From Epithemia pelagica (Eukaryota; Protista; Bacillariophyta): 64,000 bases of DNA. Positions 1 to 8,635 of the stretch are shown piece after piece. The DNA lies in assembly GCA_946965045.2 (NCBI GenBank), contig OX337229.1, positions 4,030,001 through 4,094,000 of the forward strand, in the 5' to 3' direction. The notes beneath the pieces are model-generated. The model was not told the origin of the DNA. It saw only the letters and a list, made by a program, of their open reading frames with translations, and ran no database searches. Within the stretch, counting starts at the first letter, position 1; the number at the start of each line of letters is the position of its first letter. The position numbers and the translations under genes are program-made.

Positions 1-483
1 GTAATCAAAGCACAAATCACGATCACGCGAGACCATATCTCTGTTCCCACAAATCCAAGAATGCAAACAGCAACGCGCCCAGGACAAGACTTATACCACG
101 ACAAAGCAAGAGCTGTTGCATCCCATACATGTTATCCATCACCCTATACATTCAATATACACCAATGCCGGTCTACTCCAACCAGTGAGGACCTATCACA
201 CCAGATCCATGGCCGTATACAAGAGCCAGGACTTCGGCACCATCAACCACCTTAGTAAGTAATCGTCTCACAATCATTAATATCACCATTTTAACACTCA
301 TCTAAAGACTAACCTCTTATCAGTGGACCAACTGCCCCCACCCACGGCAGACTTCGACTTGCAACTCTTCTCTGACCCGTGGAGGATTGTTGTATCGGTT
401 GGTGATTCGATTGTCGGCTCAGCGAGCCTTTTACCTATCCTACCTATCTGTCTAACCCCTGTTGAATCGAGAGAAGTTTATCA
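1..483 (+). mobile_element. 3' part of a diverged sister-family copia LTR (runs off the window start)
   Basis: Shares collinear blocks with the downstream LTR (gatcacgcgagaccatat, caaagcaagagctgttg, aatatcaccattt, acccgtgga..tgtatcggttggtga) but is clearly diverged. Ends in ...gaagtttatCA at 483, directly against the truncated 5' LTR. Confidence 0.8.
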
Positions 484-1146
484 TATATCGACCTATATTT
501 CTTCGCAAATCATGAAAAGTGAGAATAGATTGACGAACTCACTCTCAAGACTAAACTGGGTCGTGCGGTATTACAACGGACGTAAATTTGGCCGTTGCTC
601 GGACATTATACTAACGCCCTAAGCGTACGCGCCCGAAATCATCGAGCGCGCCCAAGCGACATCCGAGCGCTGTCGGCATCTATCCGACCCAACGGTCTAA
701 GTATCCCAAGCACGACACACGATCACGCGAGACCATATTTCCATTCCCACAATCTCCAAATTGTCAACAAGCTGCGCGCCATGATAACAACTATGCCAAT
801 CCAAAGCAAGAGCTGTTGACCCTGTATATGTTATCCGTCCACATATACGTGTCATATACATCACATGAATCGACTCCAACTATTCCAAACCTGTTGCCGC
901 CAAGAACCTATGACACATGACCCTTGGCAGGACCGAACATTTCACGTAGACCTATCGTAGTAATCAACACACAATCTAACAATATCACCATTTATCACAT
1001 CCTCTTTTGTGTCCCGACTATCCTTTTGATAGACTACGACTTGCTTTCCTCTCTTACCCGTGGAGAGGTTTGTATCGGTTGGTGACTACCTGATTGTCTG
1101 CTCTACCGAGCATCAATGTCCCTACGATTCAGAAAGAATTGTAACA
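484..1146 (+). repeat. 5' LTR, missing about 121 bp at its 5' end
   Basis: Matches 7055-7717 with about 3 substitutions seen by eye; ends tgtaaCA. Confidence 0.92.
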
Positions 1147-1164
1147 GATTAACAGTCTCAAAGC
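1147..1164 (+). promoter_or_regulatory. Primer-binding site, complementary to a tRNA-Asn(GUU)-like anticodon arm
   Basis: gattaacagtctcaaagc follows the LTR directly. Its reverse complement gctttgaga-CTGTTAA-tc contains the canonical tRNA-Asn anticodon loop CUGUUAA. Confidence 0.65.
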
Positions 1165-1182
1165 TTATTTCCTTGTGGTTTC

Positions 1183-1962
1183 ATGGATACTAACGAGCTT
1201 ATCATTCCTGTACGACAGATCTATCGAGCCAACCTGCATCCCGGGCAGCCCGATACCCTGGTGCAGCAGGAACTGGTGCCGACGCCGAAGGCAGCCAACA
1301 CATCGGTCAACATCTCCGTCGACAGTTCCAACAGCAACCCATTCGAGACTCCAACCCAGCCTCACGCTCCGATCCCTGCGCCGTTGCTTCGGCCCCCGAG
1401 TCCGCCTCGTCGGCTCGATCCTTCTCGATCCCGTCGTACCACCCGGTTGATTGCTGATCATATCAAGTACTTCCGTCAACCAACTTCTTCGACCTTCGAT
1501 CCCGAGATCATCCGTGGGGAGACCCAGATCGAACGCCAGTTCCAATCGGTGACCCACATCGTCGACCAAGAAGACATTGACCGTCTGAACGACCAACTTC
1601 ACCGTTCTCCGAGGCGTCGCCTCATCTTGGCCGCCCTCTCGGGCAACCCCATCCGTACTGTCCACCTCCGCTTCCTAACCTTCGAGCGCCCAACTGGATA
1701 CTACAATACCATCTACGTCGTGAACGCGACGACTTGCCCTCTGCCTCCTAACGTTGTACGCCTAGATAACTACGTTGCCTACATCCACGAGGTCCATACC
1801 ATCGAGGACCATCGTGCAACTAATTTCCCTTTGCGTACCGAGGTCGAGAACCACTTGGCTGAAGGTGATACCCCTTCTTCTGTTGCTTGTGCTGCCCCAT
1901 CTGAGCCTGGAAACGACTCTGATTATTCGGAAGAGAGTGGAGATTCGGAGACCGAAGCTTAA
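1183..1962 (+). CDS. Extra ORF of unknown function upstream of gag-pol (259 aa)
   Basis: Uninterrupted ATG-TAA ORF between PBS and gag, inside the LTR-bounded element; Pro-rich N-terminal half and acidic tail. Confidence 0.7.
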   Translation: MDTNELIIPVRQIYRANLHPGQPDTLVQQELVPTPKAANTSVNISVDSSNSNPFETPTQPHAPIPAPLLRPPSPPRRLDPSRSRRTTRLIADHIKYFRQPTSSTFDPEIIRGETQIERQFQSVTHIVDQEDIDRLNDQLHRSPRRRLILAALSGNPIRTVHLRFLTFERPTGYYNTIYVVNATTCPLPPNVVRLDNYVAYIHEVHTIEDHRATNFPLRTEVENHLAEGDTPSSVACAAPSEPGNDSDYSEESGDSETEA

Positions 1963-2282
1963 TTACTCATAGTTAACTCCCGTCCTCTCAAAACCTTTCC
2001 AAGACTTAAACTCAACGCACATCCGGGTACCCTTGGTCGCACAACACGCCACACATTCCCGTCAAATCGCGAAAATTCGGCGAAAATTTGTTGAAACTCG
2101 GCGAAAATTTGTCGGAATCAACGGAAATTTCCAGGAGTCGCACATCACAACACACATCCGGATATCACATACGTGGTACATACGTGGCACACGTGGTACA
2201 TCCGGGTTCACATCACATCACACATTAAATAAACCACATCACACCGCACATTAAATAAACATCGAACCAACCAAATAACACC

Positions 2283-5200
2283 ATGGATCCTCAATCACCC
2301 AAGACACCTACGACTCCTAAGGGAGAAGATAACCAAGACAATGTCTCGAACACAGACCTATTCGACCACATCATATTCACTGTCTGCCAATTCTTTACCA
2401 AAGAAAGGGCCGACTACTTAATGAAGTGGATGAAATACCATGGTTTTGAGAACATTACCCATGTTATCTCGTATATGCAAACTAATACCGAGGAATCCAT
2501 GAACGAACTGACACAATACAAGGTCAACAAACAGACACATGATCTACAAGGCCCCACAAGACAGCAGATCAAGCTCTTGGCTTATTGGGCCATATACAAG
2601 ACCAATGAAATTCAAGACGAGCTATCCAATAGCGACTGGATGAACCTAACGAGGAAAGAGTTCAACACTTGGAGGATCAACACAGATTTCTTTAAGGGAC
2701 CACCTAGCCAAGTTCCAGTCTCGCCAATGAAGTCACCGTCATCTGTGAAATCTGTCAGCACAGTTACTGCCGCATCCCAATCTCAACAAGACCTTACAGC
2801 ATTCAGAAAGGGAACTAAGCGCGACGCAACTGCATATGAGGTATTCAAGGATGAACGATACTACGATTCATTCTGGCGTGTATTCAAGACTACAGCTAAG
2901 GCTCAAGGCCTATCCAACGTTCTGAATTTCAAATACACACCACCCCATGATGATGAGTATGCCGAAGAACTTTTTCAAGAGCAACAAGTATTTCTTTACT
3001 CCGTTCTTGACCGTATCATTCAGACTGACCAAGGTCGAGCCTATGTACGTGAACATGAACATGATGAAGATGCGCGTGCCGTATTGCAGAAGTTACACTC
3101 TTTGCATACCGAATCCGACCTAGCAAAACGAGAAGTCCTCCGTTTAACCAACTACATTTCCAATCTACGTCTTGACGACACATGGCGCGGAACAACACGT
3201 CAATTTCTTCTACACTTCCAAGAGCAGCTACGTTTGCTAGACAATCTAGTGACATTGTCTGATCGCATCCCTGATCATACCAGGATGACCTTCCTCATGC
3301 AAGCTGTAGAAAAGGTACCTGATCTCCGCCGAGTCAAGATCTTGGATAATGTGGTGAACACCAAATCCAGTGCAAAATCCCTTTGCTATCAATCATACTT
3401 CCGTCTCCTTCTAGACGCAGCTTATGACCATGATCAAGCAACCCAGTCATCTGTTCATAGTCGCCGTCGACATGTCAAACAACATGAATCACTATATGGC
3501 CAAGATACAGATGCTGACATAACCTCACAAGATGATATGGAGTATCATGTCCACAACACCAAAGCGACATCTGAATCTCCATCCTCTTCGTCCAAGGTTA
3601 GTCTACCGCGTGACCTATGGTTCAAACTTTCTGAAGAAGATCGCAAGTTGATCATTGAGTATAACAAGATGATTCAAGCACCTTCATCAACAACACCGAG
3701 GAAAGTGCAAACACATGCCCTCGACATTGATCCGGAACCTGATCCTGACCCCAACCAAGTTGCATCTGATGACGACTCACCTGGCGTAGTCCCTGAGCAT
3801 CCAGATGATTCAGATTCGGTTACACAATTTATCAACCAAGCCATGACGACTGATATCAATCACCCGGCAACTGACCTGACTAGTGTTCTTTCTAACGCCA
3901 AGTCCAAGACGAGCAAGAAGGTTACTTTCAAAGCCAACATGCATAAACAAGCAGGACATGTTCCACGCTATTTGTTTTCCAGGAAATCTACTTTACCAGG
4001 AAATCAATTGATTGACCGTGGTGCTAATGGAGGACTTGCTGGTTCTGACATGCGCATCCTTTCTAGGACTGGCCGCCATATCACTATTGTGGGTATTGAT
4101 AACCATGAACTTACTGGACTTCCTGTCGTCACATGTGCCGCAAAGTTTGAGACCAATGATGGACCTATTGTCGGCATCTTCAATGAATATGCTTATTATG
4201 GAAAGGGCTTATCTATCCATGCTCCTGGTCAATTCAAGCATTTCGGACTTGCTGTTGATGAACGATCTGTTAAAGTTGATGGTAAACAACGCATCACTTC
4301 ACTTGATGGTCGTGCTATACCCCTTCACATCAAGGATGGGTTAGCCTACATCCACTCCTTGGGTATCCCCAGCGACGATGACATGAATACCTTACCTCAG
4401 ATCATCTTCACGTCACCCGACACATGGGATCCTGGTGTTCTGGACCATTCGTATTCTCCCACACCCTCTGACAATGATCCTGATTGGAAACACGTAAAGA
4501 CTGATGGTAGTCTGTCAAACCATCCATATGACAACTATGGGGAGTACACTGATCGTGTTGTTTGTAACCTCAATCTCCTTTTGGATCTCCCATACGATCA
4601 TGGACCTGACGACGCACCCTTCTTTTCTATCTATGCTGACGCAGAAGGTAATGATCCTACACTTCATGCCTCTGTCCACCGTCGTTACCAGGAAGCGTAT
4701 GACTGGAAGAAGTTCCGTTCATTCTTTGGTTGGCAATCTGAAGATGTTATTGCCGATACGTTCAAGCACACTACACGTAATGGTAGCATTACTTTTGACC
4801 ACGACACCCTCAAGAAACATTTCAAGGCTCACAATCCGGTCCTTAATATACCTCGACGTCATGAACCCGTTGCTACTGACTCGGTTTTCTCCGACACCCC
4901 TGCTGTTGACCATGGCGGTAAAGTCGCACAAATCTTTGTTGGTCGAGATACTCTGGTTACTGATATCTATGGGATCAAGTCAGCCAAACAGTTTGTCAAT
5001 ACTCTTCAGGACAACATCCGGTTTCGTGGTGCCATGGAGACTCTTATCAGTGATGGTGGTTCATCTCTCATCTCTCAAAAGGTCAAAGACATTCTTTGCA
5101 CTTTGCTTATTGGGGAGTATCGATCCGAACCTTATCATCAACACCAGAATAAGGCTGAAAACCGTTACCAGACCGTCAAACGTATGACCAACGCTCTCAT

Positions 5201-5900
5201 GAATGCCACTGGTTGCCCTGCCAACACCTGGCTTCTTTGCCTTGAGTATGTCTGTGACTTATTGAACCATACGTCATCACCCACCCATTCCGGTCGCACT
5301 CCTCTTGAGGCTCTCTCCGGACGCCCACCCGACATTACTCATCTCTTGTTCTTTCCTTTCTGGGATGAGGTTTACTACCGTGTCGACCCCGCTGAACCCA
5401 ATTCTGGTTCATATCCATCTTCTTCTGATGAGAAACTTGGCCACTGGGTTGGTTTTGCTCACAACGTTGGTGATTCTTTTACTTGGAAGATTCTCACCCA
5501 GGATAACCAGATAATCTACCGTTCTGCCGTTCGCCGTGTTGAATCCACTACACCTAACCTACGTGTGGATCGACCTTCAGGGGAGGATTCGTCTGAGAAG
5601 GATGACAATGATAAGCAAGCTGACACTGTCTTCATTCGCAGTGATAGTGAAGATCCATCCAAACCAATGCCCACGATCGATTTTGACGACATGACAGGAC
5701 GCACATTCCTATGCGACACAGAAGAAAATGGGGAGCGACACCGTGCACGTGTCATCAAACGAGTCATTGATCTTAATGAAGAAGCAACGAAACAGGAAGA
5801 ACGTGTCAAGTACATCTACCGAAAGACAAATTCTGATGTTGATGAGATGATATCCTATAATCAACTCATGGAGTATATCGAACGAGATAACCAAGCTTAA
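2283..5900 (+). CDS. Copia gag-protease-integrase polyprotein, ended by a premature in-frame TAA
   Basis: Gag helical region, protease-like LIDRGANGGLAG, integrase core (TDSVFSD...ISDGG...QNKAENRYQTVKR). The frame continues past TAA 5898-5900 into 5901-6663. Confidence 0.92.
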   Translation: MDPQSPKTPTTPKGEDNQDNVSNTDLFDHIIFTVCQFFTKERADYLMKWMKYHGFENITHVISYMQTNTEESMNELTQYKVNKQTHDLQGPTRQQIKLLAYWAIYKTNEIQDELSNSDWMNLTRKEFNTWRINTDFFKGPPSQVPVSPMKSPSSVKSVSTVTAASQSQQDLTAFRKGTKRDATAYEVFKDERYYDSFWRVFKTTAKAQGLSNVLNFKYTPPHDDEYAEELFQEQQVFLYSVLDRIIQTDQGRAYVREHEHDEDARAVLQKLHSLHTESDLAKREVLRLTNYISNLRLDDTWRGTTRQFLLHFQEQLRLLDNLVTLSDRIPDHTRMTFLMQAVEKVPDLRRVKILDNVVNTKSSAKSLCYQSYFRLLLDAAYDHDQATQSSVHSRRRHVKQHESLYGQDTDADITSQDDMEYHVHNTKATSESPSSSSKVSLPRDLWFKLSEEDRKLIIEYNKMIQAPSSTTPRKVQTHALDIDPEPDPDPNQVASDDDSPGVVPEHPDDSDSVTQFINQAMTTDINHPATDLTSVLSNAKSKTSKKVTFKANMHKQAGHVPRYLFSRKSTLPGNQLIDRGANGGLAGSDMRILSRTGRHITIVGIDNHELTGLPVVTCAAKFETNDGPIVGIFNEYAYYGKGLSIHAPGQFKHFGLAVDERSVKVDGKQRITSLDGRAIPLHIKDGLAYIHSLGIPSDDDMNTLPQIIFTSPDTWDPGVLDHSYSPTPSDNDPDWKHVKTDGSLSNHPYDNYGEYTDRVVCNLNLLLDLPYDHGPDDAPFFSIYADAEGNDPTLHASVHRRYQEAYDWKKFRSFFGWQSEDVIADTFKHTTRNGSITFDHDTLKKHFKAHNPVLNIPRRHEPVATDSVFSDTPAVDHGGKVAQIFVGRDTLVTDIYGIKSAKQFVNTLQDNIRFRGAMETLISDGGSSLISQKVKDILCTLLIGEYRSEPYHQHQNKAENRYQTVKRMTNALMNATGCPANTWLLCLEYVCDLLNHTSSPTHSGRTPLEALSGRPPDITHLLFFPFWDEVYYRVDPAEPNSGSYPSSSDEKLGHWVGFAHNVGDSFTWKILTQDNQIIYRSAVRRVESTTPNLRVDRPSGEDSSEKDDNDKQADTVFIRSDSEDPSKPMPTIDFDDMTGRTFLCDTEENGERHRARVIKRVIDLNEEATKQEERVKYIYRKTNSDVDEMISYNQLMEYIERDNQA

Positions 5901-6663
5901 ACCTCTGGAGATAATCTTTTCAGGTTCAGGGACGTCATTGCCCATCAAGGCCCACTGAACACAACTGATCCAGATTACAAGGGGAGCAAATATAATTTGC
6001 TTGTTGATTGGGAAACTGGGGAGACTACCTATGAACCTTTATCACTCATCGCCAATGATGATCCGATCACTGTAGCAATTTATGGAAAGAAACATGGTTT
6101 ACTCAACGAACCTGGATGGAAGCATTTGAAACGTTATGTCAAAACAAGCAAACGTCTCATTCGAGCAGCCAAACAGTCAAGGATTAAACAAGTTCACCAT
6201 TCCGTCAAGTATAAGTTTGGATTCCAAGTACCACGCAATTATGAGGAAGCTGTCGCTCTTGATAAACAACATGGCAACACAAAGTGGCAGGATGCAACAG
6301 AATTAGAATTGTCACAGATCCAGTCCTACAAGACATTCAAGGATTTTGGGAAAGCCATCTTCATTAAAGGGAAAGTATCCAATGCACGTGAAGGATATCA
6401 TAAGATACGTGTACATCTTGTCTTTGACGTAAAACATGATGGACGACATAAAGCAAGACTTGTCGCAGATGGACATCTCACAAAAGAACCTGTTGAGACA
6501 ATCTATTCAGGTGTTGTTTCCATTCGCAACCTCCGCATTGCCTTATTCCTGGGTACTTTGAATGACTTGGAAATATGGGGAGCAGATATTGGAAACGCAT
6601 ATCTGGAAGCCTTGACAGGGGAGAAAATGTTCATTGTCGCAGGACCTGAATTCAAGGAATTAG
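5901..6663 (+). pseudogene. Pol continuation: chromodomain-like segment and RT N-terminus, truncated
   Basis: In frame with gag-pol. FRDVIAHQG..YNLLVDWETGETTYEPL, then copia RT motifs (VFDVKHDGRHKARLVADG, ADIGNAYLEA). The YVDD region is absent. Confidence 0.85.
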
Positions 6664-6688
6664 AAGGCTCAAGGCCTATCCAACGTTC

Positions 6689-6939
6689 CTCATTCCATAC
6701 TATCCAAGAGACACCATCTTCTGTCATACCACCGAGTTCGTGAAGCCATCGCAGCAAAGTATGTTGCATTCTACTGGAAAGATGGAAAGACCAACCCTGC
6801 CGATATCCTTAGCAAACATTGGGATTTCGTATCTATTTGGCCCATGCTCAAGCCATTGTTGTTTTGGAAAGGAGAAGTTCAAGACCTCAACAAATCCAAT
6901 GATGACAAGGCTGAAACGACGAGTTGTGGGGAGTGTTAG
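6689..6939 (+). pseudogene. C-terminal remnant of copia RNase H
   Basis: Translates PHSILSKRHHLLSYHRVREAIAA..NPADILSKHW..WKGE in a shifted frame, ending at TAG just inside the 3' LTR. Confidence 0.85.
6921..6933 (+). promoter_or_regulatory. Polypurine-tract-like sequence
   Basis: gagttgtggggag immediately before the TG start of the 3' LTR. Confidence 0.7.
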
Positions 6940-7717
6940 AATTCTCACCGTCTATGGTGGTTAGATTCTACATCTCATTGATTCCCCATGTCACATAGCC
7001 TCGTGCTATCGCATCATGCCATCTAGCTTCGAGCTATGTTCCCTAGCTTCGCGCTATATCGAGCTATATTTCTTCGCAAATCATGAAAAGTGAGAATAGA
7101 TTGACGAACTCACTCTCAAGACTAAACTGGGTCGTGCGGTATTACAACGGACGTAAATTTGGCCGTTGCTCGGACATTATACTAACGCCCTAAGCGTACG
7201 CGCCCGAAATCATCGAGCGCGCCCAAGCGACATCCGAGCGCTGTCGGCATCTATCCGACCCAACGGTCTAAGTATCCCAAGCACGACACACGATCACGCG
7301 AGACCATATTTCCATTCCCACAATCTCCAAATTGTCAACAAGCTGCGCGCCATGAAAACAACTATGCCAATCCAAAGCAAGAGCTGTTGACCCTGTATAT
7401 GTTATCCGTCCACATATACATGTCATATACATCACATGAATCGACTCCAACTATTCCAAACCTGTTGCCGCCAAGAACCTATGACACATGACCCTTGGCA
7501 GGACCGAACATTTCACGTAGACCTATCGTAGTAATCAACACACAATCTAACAATATCACCATTTATCACATCCTCTTTTGTGTCCCGACTATCCTTTTGA
7601 TAGACTACGACTTGCTTTCCTCTCTTACCCGTGGAGAGGTTTGTATCGGTTGGTGACTACCTGATTGTCTGCTCTACCGAGCATCAATGTCCCTACGATT
7701 CAGAAAGAATTGTAACA
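6934..7717 (+). repeat. 3' LTR (784 bp, TG...CA)
   Basis: Starts TGTTAGA after the PPT and ends TGTAACA; duplicated at 484-1146. Confidence 0.93.
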
Positions 7718-8451
7718 GGAAGACTCTTTTTTTCAGCAACAACTGACGGCCTTGCAACGTGCAGCATGTCTCTGCTTGCAGTCATATTCTTGTATTTTCT
7801 ATACCAAACACAAAAAAGCTGTAATGGCATTCTTAGTATTAACTTCGGTATGCTGTGATGAATGAAAAAGTGCAAAGGGACCCCTCATCTTTGCACGGCT
7901 GTTTTGTCCGTAGAACCTCTCAAGTTTGTTTTCACCGCGGCATCACTTTTAACTGATGCATCATCCTTATTGCCTTCCTCATCCTCTAATCTTGTTGTTG
8001 AACAGTCTTGGACTCTGTCTGTTCCGTGGAATCGGAACCAGTGGTTTTCGTTTTGTCCATGGCAGTGTTAGCCTCTGCTTGTTTAGTTCTGTCCTCTTCA
8101 TTTTAGCATCGTCTTTGACTCTTCTTGTTTATTTGTGTCATCTGTTGTAGTCTCTTTCGTTTCGTCTTCGGCAGTCTTTGCCTCAACCACATTTGTCGTG
8201 TCTTCAGTTGGTGGTGTTGTTGTGGCTATTGCGGGGGGCTCGTGGAAGGTGCTCCCATGCAACCGGCGGGTCTGTAGGTTGCTGTAAGGGATGGGACATA
8301 CGTTGGACGTCTTGGAAGGAGGGGCGAAGGTTCGTGGATGATAATATGACGACGACCAAGTTTGCTCCGTAGTGGGTGTGTGGTGGGTTTTTGTTGTTTG
8401 TGTCAACAATGGGAAATCGCCAATTTTTGAAGGTCGCGCCTGGGGGTGAGT

Positions 8452-8530
8452 AACAGTTTGCACACCAAAAGCACGACACACATGCGACCCGACCACTCAA
8501 CAGTTTGCACACCAAAAGCACGACACACAT
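8452..8530 (+). repeat. 47-bp tandem duplication at the LINE target; the second unit is split by the LINE
   Basis: aacagtttgcacaccaaaagcacgacacacatgcgacccgaccactc at 8452-8498. The second unit runs 8499-8530 and is completed by 16286-16300. Confidence 0.85.
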
Positions 8531-8635
8531 AATTTCAAGATCAGGCGAAAGTGAAAGGACCCCTTCGTGCATTGGTTTTTGAAATTTCAGTAGCTTCAGT
8601 ACTGAACTCTACGTGCGAAAGCACCTCTGTCCACG

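Larger units (their letters stand above)
484..7717 (+). mobile_element. Ty1/copia (CoDi-like) LTR retrotransposon, non-autonomous (nonsense codon plus RT/RNase H deletion)
   Basis: Near-identical direct LTRs (484-1146 and 6934-7717), PBS, PPT, and the gag-PR-IN-RT-RH domain order typical of copia. Confidence 0.95.

Noticed and set aside
595-879. Small ORFs duplicated at 7166-7450
   Set aside because: They lie inside the LTRs; the duplication reflects the LTRs, with no coding evidence.
7860-8496. Minus-strand acidic/Thr-rich ORF pieces
   Set aside because: They need several frame changes and have no clear start or motif; too weak to call.
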